DNA from: Takakia lepidozioides
Lineage: Eukaryota; Plantae; Bryophyta
Direction: 5' to 3'
Assembly: GCA_030704615.1 (NCBI GenBank)
Contig: CM060731.1
Span: forward strand, 35,960,001-36,024,000
DNA length: 64,000 bases
Shown one piece after another: positions 13,101-26,299 of the stretch. The translations under genes were made by a program, and so were the position numbers. The notes below the pieces were generated by a model. The model was not told the origin of the DNA. It saw nothing but the letters and a program-made list of their open reading frames with translations, and ran no database searches. The stretch's first letter is position 1. Each line of letters starts with the position of its first letter.

Positions 13101-13460
13101 TTGGCACTTCAACTTGTCTAGTGGAAATCATTTGTGATTGTGCCTTGGCTGACCCCTGCATTGTCCAACTTCCCTGTCTTGACAGACATACCCTATCTCT
13201 TCATGATCTTACCATACCCTATCTCTTCGTGATTTTACCAAAAACATACATAATTTGAATCATGGTCATTGTGAAGAACTATAACTCACAGACGGAGAAG
13301 ATGTTCGTAGTGTAGATGATGGGCGTTTTTGTCTTGCGACATGAGTATGGGCATGTTTTCCTTGGCTTGCCGTGGCATCCGCTGACGACGCACTCGCCTC
13401 GCACTGGTGTGGGAGGAGTGGATCGTCCTCATCGTCCTCAGAAGAGCCCTCATGCATAAT
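10130..13460 (-). pseudogene. TnpA-like (Ptta/En/Spm plant transposase family) gene with a C-terminal FCP1/NIF-type HAD domain; degenerate and spliced
   Basis: Order is a Pro/Gly/Tyr-rich segment (12129-12752), then KPITISDEVWNKLVSYWQTEVFHKVSGNMKKANG...TGRGG (11700-11930), a coiled coil (~11210-11330), then KHLLILDLNGLL...VVLRPRCYDFLQKCFEHFEVAVWS...LVFQWD...C and TVLVDDTPRKATNNPP (~10300-10800). Stops and frameshifts are present. Confidence 0.7.
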
Positions 13461-14081
13461 CGTAGTCTTCATCGTCTTCAGTCTAGCACTTTGCCTTGCA
13501 GGACCTTGATCCCTAGCTTTTTCCTTCGAAGCGCGTGGCTTGCGAGGGCGATTCGCTCCCGTAAGCCTGCACAAACACCTCCATGACCTCCCTCTCAAAC
13601 AATCACAAATAATTGCAAGCATACATACCCTAATACTCTTAAGCCTACGCTGAACCACAGCCGCACCCTACCAGGACGTAATGGCTGCCCACGAATGACG
13701 GCGGACATCTCCCGCCGAATGACACACCCTCCTCAAACCTAATCGTCACTCACTGCATGTTGTTTGCCTCTCTGTTTGTACAAGTCGCAGCTACTCGCCC
13801 CCATTTGTGCTATGAAGCTTATGATTGTTGTAGGAAGGTTAGAGGATAAGGCGAATCGCAAGTTTAGTGGGTGGGTATCCAAAGTCAGGAACTAAACTCA
13901 CCCATCTATCGACTGCTTGAACGTTGCTTCCACCTCCTTTATGGCAGCAATCTGGCGCTCTCGGAACTTCTCGTACTCAGTGAGAGGGACTGTCACTTCG
14001 AAGACCTTCCGCTTCACCATGGACACTCAGAAATGATACTTATAGTATACTATAGATATAGAAATAGCACATTGGCAGCTG

Positions 14082-17000
14082 GTGCAAAACAAGAGACAAT
14101 GCACTGTGCGTAGCATGCAAAGAGGGAAGAGAGAAGCTTATGCCACAAGGAATGGGCATACAAAAATGCTATGCAACTGCGATGAGTGTCATGGAGGAAA
14201 AGTGCTGTTGTTGGAAACAGTGAGGAATCACTACATGATACACGGGAGGGATCCTCTTCTCCGACGCTGTTCTCTTCCAGTAAGATTGCCACTTTCCCTT
14301 CAGCACTTTAGTTTGAATTTTGAATGCAACGATCCTCTTCTCCACATGTCGACATTTCGTTGGGTGATTGTAGTCAAGAAGTCATAAGATACAGACGTGA
14401 CTATGACTACGCCACTTCCGTTATCACTTTAATTAATGCACATGTCGTGTTTTCATTGGTCATGTGTGGTCATGTAGTCATATATGACTAAGTAAGTGAC
14501 TGCAACTATGACTTCAATGGCTACAAATGTCGTGTTTTGATTGGTGTATATTCATAAGATACATACGTAAATATGACTGCATCACTGCAACGTCACCGTG
14601 CCTCCTATGTCATAATATGAACAAGTGTCACATCGTTGTTGGTCCACTCACAAGATGACTATTGGGATGCAGGGATGTGAATATTCAGATGATGAAGACG
14701 AAGGCCCTGCGGCACAGCGGGAGCCCAATGTCACAGAGAACGCATATGAGAGTGGTGGATTGGAGGTAGAGCGTGCATTGCAGGAAGCGTTTCTTTTGCA
14801 GATGCAAACAGAGAGGACCCCATTCATGGTGGAACCGATCACACATTTGCCGATCATGACGATGATCTCGACGATTCCGGAGACAATGAATTTGATGAGA
14901 ATGCTCACCTGCACGTTGATCCCGAGTATGATAAACTCTTCCGACAGTCGCAATGTCCACTGTTTGAAGGGTGCTCCATCAGCCGGCTGCAAGCAACTTT
15001 GACGTTGCTGAACGCATGCACTACCCACAAGTGCACCAATGCATTTGTGGATGAACTTCTGGGATTGTTGCGTAAGAGTTTTTTGCCTAAAGAGAATTCA
15101 TTGCCGAAAACTCACTATGAAGCAAAAACCATGATTGCCAAGATGGGATTGCAGTACACCATGATTCATGCCCGTGAGCGTGGTTTTGTACTCTTCCGTG
15201 GGGAGTATGAGAATGTAGACATTTGCCCAGTGTGCCGCAGTTCCCGTTACATTCCAGGTCGTGGAAGTGTGCCCAAGAAAGTATTGCGACACTTCCATGT
15301 CATTCCAAGGTTGAAACGTATGTACCGATGTAAATCGATCGCTAACCTCATGACATGGCACGACAGACATAAGAGCCAGGATGGGTTGGTTCGACATCCA
15401 GCTGATAGCAAAGCATGGAGACACATTGACACCACATTTGAGGATTTTGCTGCAGAGCCGCGATCTCTGCGATTTGGATTGGCCTTAGACGGTGTAAATC
15501 CCTACGGAGCTCAATCCACAAGTTGGAGCACATGGCCCGTTCTCTTGGTCAATTACAATCTGCCTCCATGGTTAATGACCAAAAAGTTCTTTGTCATGTT
15601 AGTGATTCCTGGTAAGGAGTCTGTTACCTCGGACAACGTAGATGTTTACCTGATGCCCCTAGTGGAAGAGCTACTGGAACTATGGAGAGGGATTGCAGCT
15701 CATGATGTTTCCCGTCCTCGTGGTCAACGCGAATTCACACTGAGGGCAGTGTTGATGTGGTTCCTCATCCGCCACACGTTTGACGCAATGCATTGCGAAA
15801 AGAACTTGGAACTTGAAAATATTATTAAAACTATCTTTTGGTGATAAAGATACATTGAAAGTTCGCCGTGATTTGGAGCTACTTGGGATACGCCCGGAAT
15901 TGTGGCTACAACATGATCCTGACAGAGCAGATACGTTAATTATCCCTCCTGCCCCTTATGTCCTCACTAAGGCTGAGTTACAAGTCTTTCTGGAGATTGT
16001 GCAGAACTTGAAAGTGCCAACAGGCTACGCATCAGCTTTCAAAAAGCATGTGGTGAAGAAGAAGTTGTCTGGCATGAAATCACATGACTATCATGTGCTC
16101 ATGCAGCAAATTATACCGCTTGCTATCCGTGGGCTCATGGCAAGTGGTCCTCGAAGGGCCATTTTGCGAGTATGTCGTGTATTTAAGAAGTTGTGTGCAA
16201 AAGTGGTGAATCCTGTAGAGTATGAGGAATTGAGAACTGAAGCAGTTCTCACTCTGTGTCTTATAGAGAAGGAGTTCCCACCATCATTTTTTGATGTGAT
16301 GACACATCTGGTTGTTCACCTAGTGGATGAGTTGTACTTATGCGGGCCCGTAGCATCTCGTTGGATGTACCCCATGGAGCGGGCAATGAAAGATATGAAG
16401 GGCTACATAAGAAACATGGCAAGGCCCGAGGGGAGCATGGCAGAAGGATACCAATTTGAAGAAGCATTGGGTTTTTGCACAGAGTATATGGCAGGATTTG
16501 ATGGAAGTGTACGAAGGGTGTGGGATGCAGATGAGGCAGAATCTGTGGAACGTGAAGTTGTGGAAGGAAGTTCTAAAGCCCGAAAATTGAATGACCTGTG
16601 TGATATTGTACATGAGTACATCATTCAGAACCATCCTCGTCTGTCAGTCATGTTGGGGTAAGAAATCTACTTCATTGACATTCAGATTTCCAAGTTTTAG
16701 TCATTTATCATTAGTTGGCATATGGCGTCTTTTCAAATCTCCCACGCCACCTCTGTCAATCTCCTGGCTGACCCTCGGATTGTGACAGGATATATGAAGC
16801 AGAGTCCACACGGATAGAAGCCAGACGACGCTTGTTTCGTGAGGAGCAAGGGCTGGAAGGCATGAGCAATCCCACGGCAATTCAGTACCCTCCTGATTTG
16901 CATCCTTGTCCTCCATTTGCTGTTTGGCTCCCTCAAGGTGTACGGGATCATCTCTCAATTCAATCAGATGGGCTTGATCCTACAACACGTGAGGAATTAC

Positions 17001-17555
17001 TGGATCTTTCAAGGCCTCCATCATTTACTGCCCTGTCATTCAAGAGTATGACAGCGTATGGTAACCATTACAGGGTTACATCCCTCGGCATGAACACAAC
17101 AAGTATGGTGTCTTTTGATTGTGGAGTCTCATCTGTTTTCCAGCCCATTACCAACAATTCAGGCAATGACATGGAGGAACCTACAAGATATGTGGGTCTT
17201 ATAAGGGAGATTTTGCAAATTGACTATGGCCAAACACAGCCTATAGTGTTTTTGTGTTCGTGGGTACGGGCGAGTCGCGTGGGTCGTCAACCTATGTCAA
17301 TGAAGCAGGATGATGCTGGCTTCACACTTGTCAATTTTAACCGTATGCTTCCACCTTCTGAGCAACCTTTTGTGTTTCCTGGCCAGGTTGATCAAGTGTT
17401 TTTTTCTGATTGTGTGAAGGAGCCGGGGTGGAAAGTTGTCCTGGAGAAGAGCCCCCGAGCACGTAGAGTGGTCTGCGACATATCAATTGATAATGATGAT
17501 GTGGCGGAAGTGGAAGGATTGTTAGCCCCACAAAGACTAGAGGAGACTTTGGTTA
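14082..17555 (+). pseudogene. CACTA TnpD transposase (transposase-associated Zn domain, Tnp2/Transposase_21, DUF4218 and DUF4216 regions), disrupted
   Basis: MLCNCDECHGG...VRNHYMIHG (14082-14280); LRHFHVIPRLKRMY...HPADSKAW...LALDGVNPYG...STWPVLLVNYNLPPW (14999-15844); GMKSHDYHVLMQ...FPPSFFDVMTHLVVHL...RWMYPMER (15780-16661); YVGLIREILQIDY...FLCSWV...EQPFVFPGQVDQVFF...GWKVV (16832-17555). Internal deletion at ~15760 and a frameshift at ~15840. Confidence 0.93.
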
Positions 17556-18011
17556 AAGGATGCGAAGGGAGTTTTCAAATGGCTGAACAAGATGTGGTGT
17601 CGTGGAACACGATGCTTGCAGGGTATGCACAGGAGGGGCATGGGATGGAGGCTTTGGAGACCTATAAGCAAATGATGGGGGAAGGGGTGAAGCCCGACCA
17701 CATCACGTTTGTGTGCGTTTGCAATGTGTGTGCAAGCCTGGCAGCCCTGGAAAAGGGCAAAGAGGTGCATGGTTGCATCGCCAAATCTGGAACTGTACCA
17801 GGTGTGAACCTGAACACTGCCCTGGTGGACATGTATTCCAAATGTGGGAGCATTGAGGATGCAGAGGGAGTGTTCAACAATCTGGCTGAACGAGATTTGT
17901 TGTCGTGGAACGTGCAGGATATGCACAGCAGGGCGTGGGATGGAGGACTTGGAGACCTATGAGCAAATGATGGGGGAAGGGGTGAAGCGCGACCACATCA
18001 CGTTTGTGTGC
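17556..18011 (+). pseudogene. PLS-class PPR fragment (S-P-L-S-P motifs), truncated at both ends
   Basis: DVVSWNTMLAGYAQEGHGMEALETYKQMMGEGVKPD / HITFVCVCNVCASLAALEKGKEVHG / VNLNTALVDMYSKCGSIEDAEGVFNNLAERD. Same repeat family as 55750-60990. Confidence 0.92.
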
Positions 18012-19268
18012 TGTGGCTGCAAAGGGGCAAAGAACAAAACAATGTTCTATGTTTTCTATGTAGTTGAGATTGCAGGAACCACAGATGGAAGGGGGATCTG
18101 CAACAGAAGCACCCACTGGAACAATTTTATTGGCCAGTTTCCAATGGAAGGATGCACTCTTAGAAGGCCTGTGCTTATTCCAAATATCAGCCCAAACAAA
18201 GTTCCAGTGGATCGGGGGGCCATTCAAGTGATCCCACTTTCTATTCCATTTTCTTTCAAAGAGCTGTTTTGGAACCAAGAGAGAGTAGCCCAAGTTGACG
18301 GTATAGGAAAAGAAATGGTCCTACTTCTTGTTCATCCATCGCCACTCTCCCGGATCAAATTGGAGAAGCTCGATTGGAGCAGCAAAGAACCAGTTAAAAA
18401 GAATCCCAATAGTGCTGCAGTTCATCAGGCGGATGAGAATTAATTTTTCCTGAAGTGGAACAGAAAACTCTAATAAAGTAATACTTCACTGAGGCTAAGA
18501 GCTGATAAGGTCTTGGTTTGCACAAGGTTCCATCAGGGAAAGCAATGAAGTTGACTCCCGAGATAGTGTCTTGGGTTTTATGGAATGCATACATAGCCAT
18601 AAGCTGCGATCCCATAGAAAAACCCAGCCATAAAGGCAGCACAAGACGGTTTGGTTGCGCAAGGAGATCAACCCAACAAGGTGGGAGAGTGCCCATTACT
18701 GTGTTCCAGCCAGCATTGACTATCCTCAGAGAGGGACCCTCTGAAGCAGCAGACGAGGAGCTATGGGAGAAGCAAATGCAGGATACCCAAAGTGCAGCAG
18801 GTGGGAAAGACCCGCATTTTCCCAGTGTGCCCAACGCTTAGAACAAACAATGAGTTCCTCCGCATCTCTGTTATAGTTAGCAAAAAGAGGTTATTTGAGG
18901 TCTTCGTCAAAGGTTTTAGGCATAGATTGGAACAAGAAAGGACGCACAATACATCAAGCAGTCCAAATGGACTTCCAAGAACCCGTATCCCCCCCCCCCC
19001 ACCCATGAACCATCCACCTCAGCGAGGCCGGCCATAGCGGGCTAGTGTTTGGCTTTGCCAATGCCAGGTGATGCCTTACCAAACGGCTCCAAGGACTATC
19101 CAGATCAATAAAAATTCGAGGGATCCATTTGGCAAGCAGAGAAGTTATTTGAGCAAGCGGATCCAACACTCCCAGACCTCCGTGTTATTCTTTTGACAAA
19201 GTTGTGCCCAACTTATCAAAGCCTTTTTGTTCATGGATGCAAAGGTAGCTCCTCATATGAAGTTCCTA

Positions 19269-20027
19269 GGCTGTTGCAGGGTACGGTGGATCAAAAGAAA
19301 CAGTTTTTTCCTCCATGAAAGTCTATATAGGTACCTCAAATTGAGGGAATTTATCCAAATATTTAATTTTAGATAATAGATATGATATATCTAACATATT
19401 TAGTAAAAAGTCCCACCCCTAATAGGCTTAGAATTTGTTTTATTAGAAATTTTAGTATTTAATTCTGAAAAATAGAATAATATTTTGTATTTCTAATAAT
19501 TAGAGATTTTTGATATATCACTTGGCACCTCTAGATTATGGGGTTTTATTTATTTATAGTAATGATGATATCCCAAAAGCCTCTAAATGAGGATGATGTA
19601 CATTAGAGAAAATATGCCCAGTTTGGGCCCAATGTTTAGTATAAATTGGTCCATACCTCTCATTCTTGATGTTTTTAATCCATATAAAAGTGCATTTGGG
19701 TAGCTTTCAAAAATAGCACCCTTAATGTGTTTTCTTTTTTGCTATTACTTAGGTGTATATGATGTTTTTGTGGTCCATATGGTTTTTCATGTATAACAAC
19801 AGTCCATAAGATTCAATTTAAGAGTCCATAGCTTTTTCATAGATGATCTTTTTTACCATTAAAAAAATTGGAGTATGTCTCTACTGTAGTTACAAATCTT
19901 TGACCGTATAAACTTGTATGAAATATTGAATTGTGATTTTACTATAAAAGGTACCATGAATGGAGATCATCACTGCAGAAATTGCCATATTACATATTTT
20001 TTGGTCCACCGTAACCTGCAACTACCC
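19269..20027. mobile_element. Non-autonomous TIR element (MITE), GGGTA-terminus family, copy A
   Basis: TIRs GGCTGTTGCAGGGTACGGTGGATCAAAA and GGGTAGTTGCAGGTTACGGTGGACCAAAA. TCCTA(G) is duplicated on both flanks, and removing the element restores the LINE frame SLAR|NFI. Confidence 0.85.
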
Positions 20028-20261
20028 TCCTAGCCAAGCTCTTCATTTTTTTGATGAAAGTAGAGCCTGATGACCAGACCGAAGAGGTGAACCAAGAGAA
20101 AGAAAAAAAAACCTGATTAACGACAAGCGCTCTTCCCACAATGGAGAGGTTCAGGAACCTCCAGTGGACTTGCTTTCTTCTCAATTTAGCCAGCACAGTG
20201 AGCTTCATATGTGAGGCCATGACCTATTTGATTCTAAAGACATTCATGAGATTGCCCATCT

Positions 20262-21005
20262 GGGTAGATGCAGACTACACTGGCTTAGTTTGGACTGCAA
20301 TTTGCAGTTTGCGACTGATTGCTTGTCATATTATTCTTCAACCTATACACATAAGTATATATTCGTAGCAAATGGACTTAGAATGGGTTAGCCACTTACC
20401 ATATGTACATGTGAATACAAATATTTTGGAATTTGGATGAAATCTCATGAAGCTATGGACTTTTGCAGGGAATTCCAATGGACTGTCACAATCCCTCTAT
20501 TGTCCTAAATGCCATCTGAAAACCTATGTGTGCAAACCAATTCATTATATGGACTTTACAACTAGATACACAATGTTTGCATAGACACAAATATAAATTT
20601 GTGAACTATTCCATCCATCCATCAAGACACTATGGACTATTTTATACCAAAAAAACCCCCAAAATGACGATTTGTCCATAGCATTTTGAAAAATTCATAG
20701 TTGGGTGGAGATCTTTGCTAAGAATATATAAATAGTTATTGTCTCTAGGAACTTATTGTTATAATGTCATAAACTACAAGATAATAATAAATAGCTATTA
20801 TTTCTAAATAAAAAATTTAAAAATATATATAATAGAAAATATCTCAAATATTTGGGATGAGACCATTTGCTAAATATGATTAGTATACCATTACCTATGA
20901 AGATAAAAATATATTTGAGCAAATATCTTTAATTAATCTTTTCTCATAGACTTTTCGTGGAGGGCACATCTGCCGCTTTTAAGCTTGTGTAGTCTGCACT
21001 TACCA
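20262..21005. mobile_element. Non-autonomous TIR element (MITE), GGGTA-terminus family, copy B, inverted relative to copy A
   Basis: TIRs GGGTAGATGCAGACTACACTGGCTTA and TGGTAAGTGCAGACTACACAAGCTTA, flanks CATCT/CTTCT. The interior is a diverged reverse complement of copy A (GTCCATA motifs). Confidence 0.8.
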
Positions 21006-24000
21006 CTTCTTCCAACCAATTCAATCCCAAAGTCAGCTCCCCAGGGATCACAATGCTTGGAATGATAAGAGCTTGGCAACTGGCTTAAAAGGCCGACAGA
21101 TTTCTCCCAATTGGTCTTTAGGCCTGATGCATCACAGAAGCAAGAAAGCGAGTTTAGGGTACACTTCAGATTCTCTGAGGAGTTGTTGTCTAAATACAAG
21201 GTTGTATCATCAGCATAAGAGAGAGGATCTAATGGAGGAAGAAGGGTCCATGGATGGAGTATGAAAAATCATTAGCCCTCCTGAGTCATTCCTATTGTAG
21301 GTGATCCAGACCCATCAGCTGCAATCAAAAAGAGGAAGGGGGCTAAAGGACAACCCTGTGGCACAGACAAAAAAAAAAAGGGAAAGACTTAGAAAGAGCA
21401 CCATTTATCCTGCTGGAGGCTGAGGAGAGTAGAATACCAATCCACGTGAGGAAGTCATCATCAATGCCAAAGGCCCTTAAAACACCCAAAAGGTAGCCCC
21501 AATGAATATTGTCAAAGGCCTTTTGAAAATCCAACATCAGCAGGCCAGTGGTTGTTGCGTTTGACAAGCGGTGTGAAGAGCTTCATGAGAGAGCAAAATA
21601 TTATCCAGAATCATCCTACTACATTGGAATCCAGTTTGCTTTGGACTTGGCTAACAAGGGTTGTAGCCGCATTGCAAGTGTTTTTGCAATGATTTTATAA
21701 GAGGAGTTAAGAAGAGTTACAGGCCGATAGTTGGCTAGATTGTCATGGTCGTTTTTTTAATAGATAAGAGTAATTACCCCTTGCGAAATCTGGGATGGCA
21801 TGATGCCTTTGTCCAGAATGTCATTGGCCATTGACATAAAGTCTTCCCCCAAAGCTCCCAAGGGCCCAAAGGCACTTGAAAAATTCCATTGGTATCCCAT
21901 CAGCTCTTGGAGATTAAGAGAGGACAGGGATTCAGTGGCCGACAGAAGCTCCATAGTTGTGAAATGACAACATAAAGTTGCCTTTTCCTCGGGGGAAAGC
22001 ATTGAAGGGAAGGAGTCAAGAACCTCAATTCTGCAGTCCAGGAGGGAAGGGCTATCAGCAGTCGCAGAAAAGAGAGAGTCCTGAGAAATGGACAGCTGCC
22101 ACCTTTGCCATGTCTTTAGGATTGCTGATTTGAGCACCATTTTCATCTTTGACATAGCTTATGAGGGAGGCGTCCCTTCTCTGCCGCGCTTTCTGGAAAA
22201 AATACGCATTCATCTTACTGCCTTTTAAAGACCAATTAATACCCGCTCTAACTCTCATGAATTCTTCCTGGTCTGCAGTGAGCAACGCCAGATTTCTCTT
22301 CGTCTCAAGATAGGAGTTCAAAGTCAGAGGGCCTTCTCTGATGGTTTCCAATTTCTTTTGACAATGTGAGAGACATTTAAGCAGTGCTTTAATATGTCTT
22401 TCTGTCCTTTGAAGAGCCACGTTTCGAGATAGAGTTTGAGCCAAGAAGATATCATTGGATTCCACCAAGCCACATGAGGTGGCCAGAATGTACTTCCTAT
22501 TGAAGCAATTTTGGCGATGTCGAGTTTGGTTTCTTGCAACAAGATCAAGGCGAAGGAGGATAGAAAGGAAGAGGCCCAACGTTTTATGCGTCTGCGTTTT
22601 GGCATAGAGGCATCAGATCCAATGCCTCTCACACTACCTCCACTCCGCCTGCACGTCCCATAGGCCCGCCTGTTTACGCGGATTTAGGAAGGGTTTCTCT
22701 GAGGGCCACCTATGGAGGCATTGGCTATAGGAGCCATGGAAAAAGAGCAGAAAGGTACTGAGAAGGAGCGAGAATAGTAGAGAGATCTAAAGATAGAGAA
22801 CTGAGAAGCGAGTGAGAAGAAAGAGTAATGAAGAGGTCGGAGGCAGAATGAGAATAGGTAGAAGATGAACGACGGGCAGCTGAGACTTATTTGCAGAAAA
22901 CGTCATTTGAATGGTGGACCACGCATTCTCGTAAGATACAGACATTAGCGCTCGATGGGGAAACGAGTGGTAGCAACGCAACATGTTGCAAAAATCAATG
23001 AGAGCAGAGTAAAGTAAGGCTCGAGACAAGAGAAGTGAAGAATCATAAAGGTCGTTGTGAAAGGGGTTGAGGTGGGCAGCTCCTTTCAGTAGGGAAATTG
23101 CCATAATTCTCATGAAGTGATAAAGATAAAGACTCGGGGAGGTCACTCCCTATCTAGTTTCTCAGGCACGTGAGACAAACATGTATTTTCTATGGGGGTA
23201 TTAATTTTATTTTCTGAATTTTTGGCCACCCTTTTATTACATAATTTTGTAATATGGCATATTTTCTTGCAGGCTATATTATTTATATTTTATAGCAGGT
23301 AAGAAATATTTGACACCCTATATTAACTTGAAAATAAATAAATAAAATAAATTTACGGGGTAATGAAATTTTTTATTTGCTGGAAACAAATTTATCCAAA
23401 GTAGATGCATCAGCATCATTTAAAGTATAAAGGTTCTGAGCAAAATAAAATCTCATAGTAACTGAACTAATAATTGAATCTATGTCTATCCACTTACTGT
23501 TAGTTACATCATATTTCAATTTCAAATGCCCTCAAAAGAGAGGGAAGCCTAGGGTTGCTGTGCACATGCGCCTATGCCCTCTCCGCTGCGTGTCCCGAAC
23601 CGCGTGTCACTGAACGACATGTGCCCCTTTAATTTATCTCCATCATATATTAGTTTTAATTTTTTTTAAATACGACTTTATTTTGGACCATATTTTAATT
23701 TAAATATGGTGCCACCAATATATTAGTACCCTATAGTATTTCTAAATATATTCTAAATTTTATTTTCTCAAAATTTTCGGCACCCTATATTTTTTTGGAC
23801 GTCAAGTGGTAATATTTGGAAGTGACCTCCCCTTGGATAAAGAGCAGCTTCGATAGCCAATAGCCTGTCAACATCCAGCACTGCAATGAAAGAGTAGAGG
23901 AGAAGGGATGATCACATCCACAAGTTTGAAGAAGAAGATTGCGAGAAGATTCATGGGAAGAGGTGGGGACTAGCAAACGCGTCTAAGTCCCAACCCTCTC

Positions 24001-24205
24001 ACCCCCTCTCACCACGTTTTGCGAAGCGATTTTCATCGCTCCGGCGGTTGTGGTATCATGTATTTTATCATGTGATATATACAAAGTATGTGTATGTGAA
24101 TTTTCTGCCATAAAGTAGTTTTCTATTGTATTTTCTTATTCTGACCACAGCATCGAATATCGATTTTCGAAACTATGTAAAGCAATAGGAGAGGTTGCCT
24201 CTAAG

Positions 24206-24478
24206 CAATGTTTTTTTTTAAAGAAATTTGGAAAACAGCATGAACGGGTACAGAGTTTTGCAAGTACATTATGTTCATCCATTGAAATTAGGATAAAATC
24301 ATCCACATCCATACTTTAATCCAATTATATCATCCATACTTAGTAAATTCATCCATAATTTATTGTCATTTGGAGAAGTTTGGCGATTTCATCCATGAAA
24401 AGGGAATTTATGACAGAATATTCCCTTTTGTTTGGGAGGTCAAAATCTGGCGAAAATTCGCCAATTAAAAAAACGCTG
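24206..24478. mobile_element. hAT-type MITE (CATCCA-rich family), copy 1
   Basis: Ends CAATGTTTTTTT...AAAAAAACGCTG; 8-bp TSD CCTCTAAG/CTTCTAAG; homologous to 25735-25991. Confidence 0.85.
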
Positions 24479-25734
24479 CTTCTAAGTTAACCTACATCCA
24501 TGATATAGCGACTATTGCAAGCTAGGGGGGTGTATGTTTTCTTTCAAAATTGACTGCAAGTAAATCTTCCTCAGCTTCAGCACAAACAGATCCTTGATCC
24601 AAAACCCAATACACATGACTGCATTTCCTTACATGCAAGTTTACACACACGTGTTTGACAAAACCTACAACCTATTCAACACATGGCGTGCCTTGGGGGG
24701 CTTATTCAGCTTACTGTCCCTATTAATTAATACATCTATGGTTCATGTTTGCTTTTTTTTGGGGGCCTACGTGTGAAGAGCCCACTTCGTACTAACGTAG
24801 TAAGTAGTAAGAGGCAAGGGGAAGAGAGCCTGTCTCTCCTTTATATACCCTCTTAGGCCAGTGGGACCCTTCTAGAAGGCTACCTGGGACACATGTCACC
24901 CCTAGAAACCACCACGTGCAATGTTTTTAAATCTGGCGAAAAATTACCTTTTGATCTGGAAAATAGGTTAGCTATTTTTACTAAGGAATTATGCGAGTTA
25001 GAATAAAAAAATCGCCAGAAAGCGCCAATGGTAAAATATCAGGAGCTAGATTTGTCCACGTGGACCTGTTAAAATATGACACATGTACTATAGCCATTTT
25101 TCTAGCTCTGTCGCCTCGTTATTCTCACAACATGGGCGCTAGGTAGAATCTACATGTCGCCCTACTTGCGATTTTGGAAAAGTGAAAAAAAAAAACACTG
25201 GCTACGTGATACTTGCTTATCCCAATTTGGTGCCTGAACCATCCCCATTTAACAGGTGTCGCCTTCATGTTTTGTTTTTACCCCCTTACATGGCGGTTAT
25301 TAATTCAAATCTTGGTGTAGCTTACTATAACCCCAACTTTTTAATTCCTGGACCACCCTCTAATGGACAGGGCCCACGCAAACTTGGGGGGCTTATTCAA
25401 CACATGATCACCCCATAGATTTGCTGCAAGCCTTTCGTTTGTATTGAATTATAATTTGACTTAATTCTAGCTAGTGACATGGTTTGAAATATGTGGTTTG
25501 AACGAAACATACTAAGTTAATAAGCCAGGTTCGACTCATAGATGCGGCGGGTCCGTGCATGTACCCTCATTCATGTACCTCCATTGCATCGTGTACTTCC
25601 GATCTTCCTCTACCCCCCATGTTCAGAGGTACTTAAAGGTAAAAACAACAAAATCTAGTGCGGGGTGTAGGATAAATAGGCCTATGACCGTTATAGTGCC
25701 TACCAAAGTCGATCACCCTATAACTGATTTGGTC

Positions 25735-25991
25735 CAATATTTTTTTTTCCTGAAATTTGGAAAAAAGCGCAAGTGGCTATAGAGTCTTGCAAAAAATAGA
25801 AATACATTCTATCCATTGAAATTAGGACAGAATCATCCACCTCAGTACTTTAATCCATTCATATCATCCATATCTGGCAAATTCATCCATGATATATTTT
25901 TTATTTGGAAAAGTTTGGCGATTTCATCCAAGAAAAAATAGTGCGACATGACATTCCATTTTGGCGAGAATTCGCTGCAAAAAAAACGCTG
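25735..25991. mobile_element. hAT-type MITE (CATCCA-rich family), copy 2
   Basis: Ends CAATATTTTTTT...AAAAAAACGCTG; perfect 8-bp TSD ATTTGGTC. Confidence 0.9.
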
Positions 25992-26299
25992 ATTTGGTCA
26001 GGTACTAATGAGCCGAAGATGCTAATTTTTGCCACTTGGCAAACAGTTATTGGATAAAAATCCTCCTTTCATTCAACTTTGAGACCTAACAACTTTGTGT
26101 GAACTTCATGAAGTCAATTACATACTTCCGAGTGTGTGGGGATGGGGATGCTCCCTATGTGGGGCATCTTATCAATTCTACCCTGGTTGAAAACGACAAA
26201 AATTCACCATTATATTTTTCACTATCATTAGATGAACTATCATAGGCCTATCTACCCCACATAGATTTTGACGATGAGCCATAGGGCCCATCCCAAAAG

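Larger units (their letters stand above)
9368..17555. mobile_element. CACTA (En/Spm) transposon with divergently oriented TnpA-like and TnpD genes; right end lost
   Basis: Starts CACTAGAGGAAAAAT at 9368, followed by dense AACCACT/AGTGGTT subterminal motifs to ~9930. Contains both CACTA protein families and is truncated where PPR sequence begins (~17556). Confidence 0.85.
18012..22640 (-). mobile_element. Degenerate L1-clade LINE ORF2 (endonuclease remnant, RT, zf-RVT), interrupted by two MITEs
   Basis: ILLQETKL (~22530), LLMLDFQKAFDNIHWGYL (~21520), GCPLAPFLFLIAAD (~21330), YADDTTLYL (~21205), LSIVGRALVVNQV (~20130), RNFI*G...LISWAQLC...GGLGVLDP (19160-19265) and CGSC...IENIEHCFVLCPFA (~18050), collinear with many frameshifts. 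Confidence 0.9.

Noticed and set aside
24690-25400. Direct repeat GGGGGCTTATTCA flanking ~690 bp
   Set aside because: Probably TE-derived, but TIRs and TSD could not be defined.
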